The notes under the pieces were generated by a model. It had not been told where the DNA came from and made no database searches. It was given only the letters and a program-made list of their open reading frames with translations. The position numbers were made by a program, and so were the translations under genes. A stretch of DNA of 64,000 nt from Sphaerodactylus townsendi. Its lineage: Eukaryota. Every line of letters begins with the position of its first letter. Within the stretch, counting starts at the first letter, position 1. Positions 48,737-61,028 of the stretch are shown piece by piece. The stretch covers positions 21,142,001 to 21,206,000 of the forward strand of contig NC_059439.1 in assembly GCF_021028975.2 (NCBI RefSeq), in the 5' to 3' direction.

Positions 48737-51700
48737 ATGACGGTCAAGCAGGGAACAGCGAAAACCTTGAGTCTTCGGAGCGAGACTCTGCTTGAACAGT
48801 GCTTCTTGCCTGTGGGGAAAATGGAAGAACTGGATCCAGCAGAGTCGGTGCCAGAAGAAGACCTGAAGAGCATAAGAAAAAGACCTTTTATTATCCAGGC
48901 AGGGACATCTGAAGAGCTTCTGAGATGTGTGGCATTGGCACAATCCAAGAATCAATACCAGGAGACACAAGGGAGTTGGGGAGTCCAGTGGCGGGAGACA
49001 GTTGCTCCTGAAGTCACGTCTGCCTCGTCTCCTGCATGGGGCAACCTTCAAGTGCCTCCGCTTACACCGGCAGATGACGTCGAAGTCTATCTGTCCACCT
49101 TCGAACGTGTGGCTGATGCCTGCCACTGGCCAAGAGACCGATGGGCGCCCCGACTTGCGCCTGCCCTTCGTGGGGCCGCCCGAGAGGCCTACTGCCGCCT
49201 CAGCACGAGAGACAGGGAAGATTACGAGAAGGTGAAAGTCGCCATCTTGCATGGCTGCGACGTCGGTAGGGAGTCTCGACGGCGGCGTTTCAGGCAGTTT
49301 GGTCTCCAGGAGGCCGAGGGGCCCCGCCAGGCTTGGGGGTGTTTGCGCGAACTTTGCCATCGGTGGCTGAAGCCTGATATCTATTCTAAGGAGCAGATTC
49401 TGGAGCTGTTGATCCTGGAGCAGTTCTTGAACATTTTTCCAGAGGAAGTGCGGACTTGGGTTTGGGAGTGTCATCCGGAGAACTGTGCCCAGGCTGTGAC
49501 CCTTGTGGAAGGGCTCACCCTCAGGCGGCAAGGGGCCAAGAGGTCAGACGTGCAGGTGATGTGGCCTTCAGGGTCCAAATTTTGGAGAGTGTTATCCTTG
49601 TAGGAAAGAAAGCATTATTTGTGTATCTATTTATATGTCATTCATTCATTCATTTAGCCTTTATTTAGCATAAACAGTATAAAAAGTATAAAATCACATC
49701 TAAATCGCATCAAAATACAAACTTGCAACATATAACAAATTAAGTTGATTCATACATACTGTTGCTTGTGGGATATTTCCAGCAGAAAGTTCGCAGCCAT
49801 TTCACAGAATGTAGCATCAGAATTATTTAATAAGAANNNNNNNNNNNNNNNNNNNNNNNNNNNNNNNNNNNNNNNNNNNNNNNNNNNNNNNNNNNNNNNN
49901 NNNNNNNNNNNNNNNNNNNNNNNNNNNNNNNNNNNNNNNNNNNNNNNNNNNNNNNNNNNNNNNNNNNNNNNNNNNNNNNNNNNNNNNNNNNNNNNNNNNN
50001 ATCCCAGATCACAAGGAGTGTATGCGTTGCCCGGTCAAGGGTATCTGATAGCTGCAGCATCCCCTGCTAGGAGACACTCCAAGACGAATGGAATTTATTT
50101 ATATGTATTTTTAGCCTGCCCCTTACTTGAAGGTCAAAGGGCGAGTTGCAACATAATATAAAAGTCATAAAATATTGATAAACCTAAAAACAATGACAAC
50201 ACATAAGAATAGAACAAGAAAACTTACTTAAAATCCATAAAAACCTTTTCAAACATATCGACGTTCATAAAACTTATTAAGATTAATTGAAACCCGTTTA
50301 AAAATTCATAAAACCGATTTAAAAAATCATAGGCTCATTCCGCACATGCAGAATAATGCACTTTCAAACTGCTTTCAGTGCTCTTTGAAGCTGTGTGGAA
50401 TAGCAAAATCCACTTGCAAACAGTTGTGAAAGTGGTTTGAAAATGCATTATTCTGCGTGTGCGGAAGGGGCCTCAGTTACTTCAGGAAATGGTACAAAAT
50501 TCCCAGGAACTCACTTCCGCCTGTAGGAGCTTTCCTAATTATTTCATATCTCATTTGTTTTCTCCTATACATCCAGAGAGAGAGTGAGTTAGGCCCCTTC
50601 TGCACGTGCAGAATAAAGCACTTTCAGTCCACTTTCAATGCATTGAAGCTGGATTTTACTTTGCGGAATAGCAAAATCCACTTTCAAACAAGTGTGAAAG
50701 TGAATTGAATATGCATTATTTTGCATGTGCAGAAGGGACCAGAGAGAGAGAGATCGAGAGAGAAAAGCAGGTTATGTAATCCTTCTTTTGCAACATAGAT
50801 TTTATCCATATTATCTTTTTCTGTGCCTTATCTGCTCATTTGTTGGCTTAGGTCTGGAAGCAAGTAGTGGAGCTCCATTATAAGGGACGAGTCCCACCAA
50901 AGCTTCTGCTGCTATTGTCCACACAGCCTTGCTGTGACATCACAGCAAAATGGCCAATTGTGGCCAAACATGCAGCTCTGTAAAGGAAACCCTTGATGAC
51001 AATGTAAGGCAAGAAGAGCTCAGATATGAGGTACTGTAGAAAGAGCAATTTTTTTTCAAGCTCTGGCTCATTCCGCACATGCAGAATAATGCACTTTCAA
51101 ACTGCTTTCAGTGCTCTTTGAAGCTGTGCGGAATAGCAAAATCCACTTGCAAACAGTTGTGAAAGTGGTTTGAAAACGCATTATTTTGCATGTGCGGAAG
51201 GGGCCTCTGTTCCAGGGAAGCTTGGCAGGTGATCTAGGACTCCTCAAACAGGAAATCAGTAATGGCAGATAAGCCCCTCTGAAAGACTTAGGACTTGTGA
51301 ACCTGCCCTGAAATTTGCAGTCACATGACAGTGTGAGGTGAATTACAGAAAGCACTGATTTACTCAAGGGTAACTGTGAAGTCCCATAGGCCTGGTCAGT
51401 ATTCCATGTGAGCCACGAACTATGCCCAGAGGAGCTGAGCAGCAAGCACTCAGGGGGGATCGCTGATAGGCTGGTTAAAGTGGAAATGGTTTGCTGATGG
51501 TACGATTTTCAAGGAAACACAGGTGGTCCCTGACCCCTCAGATCAGTCGACTGGCCTGTGAGAGCCAGGACCTTCCAGAGACGATGGCCACCCTGGTGGA
51601 ACCTCTTCCTCCAGCTGTCCGGGCCCTTGGGATCAAGCAAGTTCAATACCGCTAACAAAGAGAAGTGTGAATATAGCGGCATTCAAAAGGGACCAGCTCT

Positions 51701-54700
51701 GGCGGTGCCCCTTTTGAAACTGCTTTTAGATAAGGTGACCAGATTTTCACCTTTGTAACCATTTGGGACCCATTGGCCGCTTAGGAGGATTTAGCACTGC
51801 TAGGATTTTCTTGGGGCGCCTCTTACCCCTTGAGTTTCCCCCCCTGTCACAGGGCAGAGAAATTATAACATAACTGTATTGAGATTTTTATGTTGTGTAC
51901 CTTGGCGGAGCGCCCCAGATGGATGTGCGGCTATTTAAAAAGAATGCGGAGAATTAAAAAACAAGCTAAGAACAGTTCTAAGTGTCCGTGGGAGAGCCAC
52001 TTGCATGTCAGAAAGCACCGCAGCTATTGACTGTCCCACCAAAAGCGGGACATCTGGTCACCTTATTATTGGAGTGAGAAACACTGAAATATTACTTAAG
52101 ATATCTTTAAAGTAGGACTATTTCAAAACAGGTGGAAATAAAGACTCTCAGACAGAGGAGAAACATGGAGTAGGCTTCTCACCAATGGCTAAGAACTTTG
52201 AACTGAACGCCCTGGAGATGGGCTTGATGGTTACCTGTTAGGCATAGAATCATTTGGGGTGATTTGTCCTTGGAACTCCTGCAGTACAGAGATTTTTTTT
52301 GGGGGGGAAGGGGGAACTTTAGTGAAAAGTCCCCCCTTTCCCACATTTCATCCCAGACATCCCATTCTAGCTTGGAAATATGTGTGGTTGAATCTCAGGT
52401 CACTGTTCGCATGAAGGTGGAGGAGGAAGTGATCTCTGAGGAGGAGATGGTGTCCCCTGCCTCATTGTGGGACGTTCCTGGCTCTCAGTCCCACCCTACA
52501 CACCACTCACAGGCGGCAGCAGGATGGAATGAACCCCCCGAAGCACAGCATGAACTGACTAGAGAAAAAGCTCAGCCTTCACTGGAGTTAGGTAATTTAT
52601 TTTATTTATTTATACCCTACTTTCCTCTCTCTTTGGGACTGAAAGGAGACTATCATATTATTCTTCCCTCCTCTGCTCCATCCATAGCAATTCCGTGAGG
52701 TAGATTTGGCAGAAAGATTTGAAAGATGACCCCACTCATAGGAACAATAATACCAGAAGAGCTCCGTTACAATTCATGTTTTCGTATGTCCTATGGCTGT
52801 TAGTTGCGTTTAGTTATTTATTACATGTGTACTACTCCATTCCTCCAGGATTGTCCCAATTTTTATTCACAATTGTGAGAAAGGTTAGATTAATGTGTAG
52901 TTACTTACCCAAGGCCACTCAGTAAACCTCACAGGTGAGTAAGGGTTTGAACATAGGTCCTTGTCTAAACAACTGTAATAAACAACTAGCACAAATGTTA
53001 GTATTGCATCCACAACAATTGGGCATCCATGATAACAGCGAAACCAGAAGTGGGGCCGTAATTTTGGCAGGACGTTGTACGTAAGGAAAGCATTGCACCA
53101 GCTGTTCATGGTTAATGAATTTTAGAAGACCGCTGGAATAAGCAGTCATGAAAATGGTTTCTCCCCTTCATTTTGAAGTAGTCTCGGTCATCCTCGAGGT
53201 TCCTGTTGAAACATGTTTTGCGCCACTATTGAGTGCGCCGTAGGTAATAATGCAGCGTGATTGCTGTGGTCAGACATGTGTGTGAGGGCTTGAGGTGTGA
53301 TGTGATGGTGGTTTGGGGGTGACGGTGCAGAAATTATGGTCATCCTCGAGGATCCCTGTGGATCCTCATTTTACCTTTTTCCGTTCCTTAGTTTGTCCTT
53401 TTGGACCACTGTGTTTAGTTCTAATGGACCACTTGCTATTGATAATAATAATCAAGCCTTTATTGGCATAGTGAACAATAAAATAAATATAGCAAGATAA
53501 AACTGGTAAAAATAATGGAAACACAGAGCAAAGAATAAAATGTTAAGTAAAAAAAAATTACTGCTGGCTTTTGATAATTTCCAAGAGAAAGTCTGCCACT
53601 ATCACACAGAAGGAAGGATCTGGATTATTCAGCAAGTAGTGTAATCTAAATAAAACTGGGAGATCATTTGAGAATAAGAAGAGTTTGGATTTATATTCCC
53701 CCTTTCTCTCCTGTAGGAGACTCAAAGGGGCTTACAATCTCCTTTCCCTTCCCCCCTCGCAAGAAACACCCTGTGAGGTAGGTGGGGCTGAGAGAGCTCA
53801 GAAGAACTGTGGCTAGCCCAAGGTCACCCAGCTGGCATGTGTTGGAGTGCACAGGCTAATCTGAATTCCCCAGATAAGCCTCCACAGCTCAAGCAGCAGA
53901 GTGGGGTTCCTCCAGATTAGAATTCACCTTAACCACTATGCCACTGCTGCGTAGTAAGATTCACATACTAGGATCTGATTTCATTGAACCTGGGACAGTA
54001 TATTAACTGGTGGGCCAAAGGTTCGACTAAGCCAGCATTACACGTACACAATCTTTTATTGGGCCACTATGTTTGGTTTTATTGGCGTGGTTCAGAGGTG
54101 TTGAACCTGTTGAAGAGACAACAACAGCCCCATTTGACAAAGTGTGTTTCAGCCTGGGCACGCTTGTGCTCTTTCATACACATTGACTCTTAGTGGCTCA
54201 GCAAGCTGCTTAAGCAGGTTTGGGCAGATTGCACTGTATAGCTGCTGCTGGCCTTAAACTCGAACAGGCCGTGACTGGTTTAGTGAGTGGGTGCTGGGAT
54301 ACCTACTACCCATCAGCCCCTGAGGCTGGTCATGGTGCCATGGGCAGAGGCAGCTTGGTTGCCAAGTAACCTCTGAGGCTGAAATGGCCTGGAAATCAAG
54401 CTAGAGCAAGCTGCGGAGGGAGAACTGGACCTTTTGAGGCATTGTAGGTAGTGAGGTTCAGCTTAATTTTTTTTCAACATTAGCGTAAGGTGACCAGATG
54501 GTCACCTTCGTGAACCGGGACGGGGGGTAGGTGGCTGCGTGCGCATGCGTGTACTGCCTTCTGGGGCTTGCCGTTTGGCGGGAAACGGCAAGCCCCAGAA
54601 ACCCGATATCTGACGTAGCAGTGGGAGGGCTGCAGCACTGCCTTCGCGCCCAGGTAATGTGAAAGCCTCCATCAAGTTTCAATTTAAATAACCGGCAGGA

Positions 54701-56735
54701 CAAATTAGTTTGGTAGGACGCTGTCCATAAAGCGGGGCAATCTGTCAGCTTGCATTAGCGTGATAGTATTTGAAGTCTGCTTACAAAAACATGACATCTC
54801 TTCTGCACGAGGAGTGTGAAATTTCTCCAGCAAAGAGAAAAAAAAATGTGAATTTTAGATGTATTAAAACAACTAAAGAAGTGACATGAAATGTGGGTTC
54901 CAAAACCAGCAGATGTACATGGGAAGAGGGGGAGAGGTCTAGCCAAAGAAGTGGATATTTGGTGTTGCATCCTTTAAAAAAACTTTTCAAATGAATGGTA
55001 GAAGCATTGGGAAAACTCGCAACGTATAAAGCTTTTGGGAACAAAAAGTTCTCAAAATGGTGTGGTGAAAAAACTGTATTTTCATTTCTATTTTCATTCC
55101 TACATGTAGATGAAGAGGAGTTTGGATTTGTACCCAGCTTTCGTCTCCTGTAAGGAGACTCAAGGCAGCCTACAAATTCCTTCCCTTCCGCTCCTCACAA
55201 CAGGCACCTTTTGAGGCAGGTGGGGCTGAGAGAGTTCAGAGAGAACTGTGACTGACCCAAGGTCATCCAGCAGGCTTCATGTGTAGCAATAGGGAAACAA
55301 ATCAGGTTCACCAGATATGTGTCTGCCGCTCTTAACCACTACCCAACCAGGGTTCCGTGGTACCCTGGGGTGCCATGTGGCTGCGTCAGAATTGCCATGA
55401 AAATGCTACTGCCCTCCACACCACAATCAAATGGTTTTTGAAGGTGGCGGTTGGAAGACTCATTGGCTCCCTATAAACAACATTGACAAAACAGCATTGT
55501 TGTATTTTTCGTCAGTGGATTGGGGGGGGTGTAGATTTAAAGGGAGCTCTCCCTTTAAAATCCCCAATCCATGCCGAATTTAGGAAAACAAACAACGCGG
55601 CTGTCAATGCTGCTTTCCCTCCCCTCCCTTCCCCCTGCTTGCCACTCCCCCCACCTACAGGCCAAAAATGGGAAAAAACCCCTAAAAATGCAACAACAAA
55701 AAATTAAACGAACCTCAAGGGTACCCTGAGATATGAAGAGTGAGGTCAAGGGTACCGCGACGTCGAAAAGGTTGGGAAACACTGCACTACACCATATCGG
55801 TACTGCTTTAGAGGAATTTGAAGTGTATAATCACAGATAAAACTATTCAGATATGCCACCCCCAGCGCAGTCTGATGTGGTACATCCCAGAAATAGTTTC
55901 TGTTACTATTTGTCCAAATGGAGTCCACCACAAGTGCATACTGTTGCTAAATATAATTTGAATGTGGTGATGGGGATTAAATTTGGATTGTTTTTCTTTT
56001 TCTTTTAATTCAGCAGGTACCAGGACTCCCAGCCAGACTGCAGATAACCCATCTGAGGAGGACCCTGTCTCCCCAGAGATGCTCAAGGATGTATCGGGGA
56101 ATATGGGTGAGGCTAAATTCTCAGAATGGGAGGACAAGCAACTAGGTGTGCAGGATGGCTCTTCAGAAGACGAACTTACTAGTCAAAAGACAGAGGTTAG
56201 AAAGTTTTCAGCATTCCTCCCTTCTGGAACTCTTCAGACCAGGGAAGAACCGAAGGACATAGAAAGCCAAACAAATACCTTCTTCTGGGGAGAAAAACCT
56301 CACCAGTGTCGCGAGTGTGGGGAGAGCTTCCGAGCTAAGCAAGAGCTTTCCTTGCACAAGGGGATCCACAGACAGGAGAGGCCTTTTCCCTGTGCTGTCT
56401 GTGGGAAGAGATTCACCAGGTTGTACCACCTCACCACGCACCTGCGAATCCATTCGGGAGAGAAGCCTTACCGTTGCACCGAGTGTGGGAAGAGATATGC
56501 AGATGCCTCCAATTTTTACAAGCACCAAAGGAGCCACGCGACTGAGAATCCCTACGAGTGCACAGAGTGTGGGAAAACCTTTGGGGACCCGTCCAATTTT
56601 TATAAACACCAGAAGGGGCACCAAGGGGACAGGCCTTACATTTGTGACACGTGTGGGGACTGCTTCAGCAGACAAAAGGATCTCTTTGCTCACCAAAAAA
56701 GTCACGAGGATGGCAGGGTGCCTTCCCTGTATTGA
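48737..56735 (+). CDS. SCAN-domain C2H2 zinc-finger protein B; exons 48737-49555, 52399-52591, 56014 (or 56017)-56735; five fingers
   Basis: SCAN: [54 protein letters not shown]. Phases 0 and 1 are compatible. Five CxxC-x12-HxxxH fingers with GEKP-type linkers. An assembly gap in the first coding intron could hide another exon. Confidence 0.9.
49837..50000. other. Assembly gap (164 N)
   Basis: Run of n. Confidence 1.
51731..52063. mobile_element. TIR element (aggtgaccagat ... atctggtcacct) flanked by TA; relative at about 54486-54755
   Basis: 12-bp perfect inverted termini. Superfamily not assignable. Confidence 0.6.
55345..55784. mobile_element. hAT-like MITE remnant
   Basis: Ends aaaaggttgggaaacactg (Charlie-type terminus); ggtaccc subterminal motifs at both ends. 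Confidence 0.5.
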
Positions 56736-57859
56736 TTGGAGGATGGTGGTGGAGTCACCACTCATTACATCATTACATCATTTCCTGGAGATTTAATAAG
56801 CTGTACCCATGAAGCAGTTTGTGGAAGAATACACAACACAGCCAGGTCTTCTTGTTGACTCTGCTGAGGTCATCATGGGGGTCTGGAATTGTTGCTGTGG
56901 ATCATGTTCTCCAAGCTTTTGTAAAATGAGTATGGGAGATGCAGGAATGGGTGGTGGGATGCTAAGTAATTTTAATAACATGGGACCGCTTGAAGAGCTT
57001 TCCTGCGCAAAGTAGGGACGTCGAAAAGTATGATGGGCAAATGTTCAAATATGCTTCAGTTGTCTGCCTCTGGAAGGAACGTCAGTGCCTGGCAGTTCGT
57101 GGTTCAAAATGTCCGCTACTAATCGTTCCAGTATGGATGCATATTCTGGTGCAGTGAATGAAAATTAAGGGAACAATTTCTTAAGGGGTACATTGTGCCC
57201 CATGAATGCTCTAGTGATAAAAGATAAGCATTTGTCTTCATCTCAGGGAGTTTTTTTAAATAAACATAAATAAAATGTGATATCTATTCCATTGTTCCAT
57301 GGAAGGTTTCTTTATAAACTGGCAAGTTCCAGCACATGACACTGTCATTTTCAAATGTAATGTTGAAGGCTTTCATGGGCAAAATCATCTGATTGTTGTG
57401 GGTTTCCCGGGTTCTGTGGCTGTAGTCTGGTAGGTTTTTTTCCCTCCTACTGTTTAGCCCACATTGTGTCCTACAGGTATGGCCCAGTGTTTCCAGTGAG
57501 CAATCCTGTTATGCCTTTTAGTACACCCCCATCAGGATTCTGATATTTGTACATTCTTTTAGTACATGCCTTTTAGTACATCCCCATCAGGATTCTGATA
57601 TTTGTACATGCTGAAAATATATATTGTTCCACATGAAGCCTGCAGGGTGGCCTTGGACCAGTCACAGTTCTCTCAGAACTTTTTTAGGCCACACAGAGGC
57701 AGGCAGTAGCAAGCCAAATGTCTCTTGCCTCGAAAACCCATAGGGTTTGCCTCGAAAACCCTATGACAAGCTGTGACTTGACAGTGCTTTCCAGAACTAC
57801 TGAATGCCTGCTGGCTGCTAAGAAATGCAGTCAAATTTGTTTAAGAATTCAAGTTCTGC

Positions 57860-58243
57860 GGCAAGAAAGTTACATGGCTCCCTCTGGTGTTCATGTCTAC
57901 AAATAGCAGCAAGAAAGTTATATGGCTCCCCCTGGTGTTCATGGCTACAAATAGCAGCAGGAGAGTTACATGGCTCCCCCTGGTGTTCAAGTCTGCAAAT
58001 AGCGACAAGAAAGTTATATGGCTCCCCCTGGTGTTCCTGTTTACAAATAGCAGCAAGAAAGTTCTATGGGTCCCCCTGGTGTTCATGTCTACAAATAGCG
58101 ACAAGAAAGTTATATGGCTCCCCCTGGTGTTCATGTCTACAAATAGCAGCAGGAAAGTTACATGGCTCCCCCTGGTGTTCATGTCTGCAAATAGCAACAA
58201 GAAAGTTATATGGCTGTCCCTGGTGTTTATGTCTTCAAATAGC
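57860..58243. repeat. 48-bp minisatellite, 8 copies
   Basis: Unit gcaagaaagttatatggctccccctggtgttcatgtctacaaatagca. Confidence 0.95.
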
Positions 58244-60419
58244 TAGCTTTGAAGCACCTGCCAGAGGCACAAATGGAAAAATAGTGCATTCAGTTTGACA
58301 AAGGAAATATTTGTATTTTCAGCATTTCATCTCATTTTCAGCATCCGAATAAAAAAAATGTCTCCTACAGGTATGGCCTTGTAGCGGAGCCTTTCCTGAG
58401 TTTGCTAGACTCATTTGGCATCACCTGACATCCTTGGCTATGGAAGAGGAGCTTGGACATGTAGATCTTCATAATCCTCATGGGGATAACTGGCCCCATC
58501 ACTCTCTCTCGGCCTAAGCTACCTCACAGGGTTCATATTGAGAGGATAGAATAGAGGGAGAAATCATGTGTGCCATACTGAGTTTCTTGGAGAATAGGCA
58601 GGCTAAAAAAACAATTTCAACCAGCGTAAGAGAAGCGTAAGAAAAAAACCTTCAGAATCCTGGGGGAATATCAGGTAAGAACGGTGATTTGTTGTTAATC
58701 CCTTTGGGCGACAGGATGAATGGGTGAGTTGTACCTCAAGTCAGCTTCCTTACTGACTCAAAATGCATCTGCACTCTGGGAACAAATTGAAAATAGAATA
58801 CAGATTCTGCTGTGGAAGACAGAGACTGGAGTGACAATTGAACTGCTTTTCCTGAGAGCTTAGACTATGCACATGATAGTGTCACGACTGGGTCCAACCA
58901 AATGTGCCAATATTCTGCATTTTGACAACATGGAAAGACTTGCTATACATGGGTGTGTTCTGTACATATGATAGATATTTTATTAGGGCTCACTAAGAAG
59001 GCAGTTAAGAGGGACATGTAAGATTATGGACTGTGACAGCCACCAGATCTAGGTAACAGGTTTCTCCTGCATGCTTCTAGGACCATTGTCAAAGAAAGAG
59101 CCATATTAGGCACACGTAATTCTCCTACCTGGGTCAAGACTGCTGCAGATGTAGAGAACTACAAAAGCAAAAAATTCCAGATTACAGAGTTTGTTGTTGC
59201 GATGAAAATTTTAGTTTGGTTTCTTGACGGGAGGGGGATGCTTTTCACTCGAGACTGAAAGCATACCAGTGTAGTAGTTAGAGAGTTGGACTAAGATGTG
59301 GGAGATCAAGATTCAAATTCTGCCACTGAGTAACCTTGTTGAGTCACCTAAGCCTAAGCTAGATCACAGGATTGTTGTCAGAATAAAATGGAGTGGAGGG
59401 GAATTATTTAAGCTGCTTTGGGTCCCTTTGAGGAGAAAGGCAGGGGTATGAATGAAAAATTTAAAAATAATCATTGCTAAAAATGAAATAAACATGACAC
59501 TGTGTAGTCAGTAGTTATCAAAGAGTCACTGAGCAAACCCTTTGTTGTTTTGTGTAAATATTCCTCCAACATTTGCGCACCTGGCCTTTGGAAGCCATGG
59601 CAGGAAAGTTATGTCCGTTACAGTAAGTTCAATAATGATAAGGAAAGCAAACAGGTGTGGTACCTGGCCGTGATGGGGAAATCATGCCTGTTACAATAAG
59701 TGCAATAATGATAAGGAAGGAAAATTATCTCCACCAAGTCCAATCAGCAGGCCTTTGTACACAGGTACAGAAAACAGTTTATGTATGGATATGATCATAT
59801 CACTTTTCAGTCCACCTGAGAGAAGCAAAGATTTTCAGCACTATCACAACTCAGAGAAGCTCCATTCTGGAATACACCGAAGCTGAAAATATCTTTTGTG
59901 CTGCTCCTGTTTTTACCTTTCCTTACCACCAAAGCCCCCAGTTGTCACCATTCAAAATGTCCCACCAGCATCAAAGAATAGGGTCCAAGAGAAATTGCTC
60001 TCAATATTACTTTTCAGCTGGAGTTTCTTGCCGCCTTTTCTAAACGGAGCCAGCAGAGGGCGATAGGACACTAAACTTAGAAAATTTCTGTCCTAGATGA
60101 ACATGCATAGGGGCAGGGTACAAATCAAATAAATGAAATAAATGAAATATTTTGTCCAGAGGAATTCTTGAAGATCAAGTGGGTTACACACAGTTCATTT
60201 TTAAAAGTATCTAAATCAGTTCCACTACCTGCATTCAGACTCCTGAAAAAGATTTTTTAAAAAAAGAAGATAAAACAGATAAAAAGAAGTTTTAGGAAGA
60301 AGAGCTAAGTAGGGAACCCAGAGGCAGTGCAAGCTGTTAAGCAGTCAGTTTCAAGTTATTACGACTGAAGATCAGCAAACAAGATGAAAACAGTAAATAA
60401 TAGAGAAATCTGTTATAAA

Positions 60420-60738
60420 ACATCTACTATTAGCCCCATCTACTATTAGCTCCCATTGGAAACAGTGGGGGATGGGGACACCCCTTTTGGGGGTCCATAA
60501 CTTCGGACCCCCTGAACCAAACTTCACCAAACTTGGTTGGTATCATCAGGAGTGTCACCTGACAATAACCTGAAATTTTGGTGCTGCTAGCCTAAAAACT
60601 GTGTCCCCTGCTTTCTGACAAAGTAAAAACATTAAAAACGCCAAAAAAATTAGAAATGAACCCAAATTTGTCTGCGCCTCCAATGGTGGGTGCTCGGGAC
60701 ATTTGTCCCCAGATGTCCCCATTGTAGCTACACCTCTG
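60420..60738. mobile_element. hAT-like DNA transposon end fragment
   Basis: accaaacttcaccaaacttgg...aaattttggtg internal motifs and a gtagctacacctctg terminus. Confidence 0.5.
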
Positions 60739-61028
60739 TGCTTGAGTCACTGGCTGCTTGGTTCTAGTTCTTTTACTGCAACTTGCAATTTGTAGCGATC
60801 AGAATTGAGAGGCCTTCTCTTGATCTACCCTTTGTCTCCACTGAGGAGGCTGACATTATATGTGAAACAAAACCATCCACTGTCAAAGGTGTTTGAGCCC
60901 ATGTCTATGAGAACAATATGATAGCAAACAATGAAAAGTAGTTCAGGAAGGATGGATCAAGTCTCTTAGAAGACCAACCAGAAATACTGAAAGGTAAGGA
61001 TATGAATATGACCATCGGCCTGCAATTA

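Noticed and set aside
48692-49531. 279-aa antisense ORF, and the similar 56208-56765 and 44062-44523 ORFs
   Set aside because: Shadow frames of the SCAN and zinc-finger exons, with no independent features.
49745-50161. ORFs spanning X runs
   Set aside because: Artefacts of the assembly gap.
57860-58243. CRISPR-like array
   Set aside because: The units are contiguous with no unique spacers, there are no cas genes, and the DNA is vertebrate.
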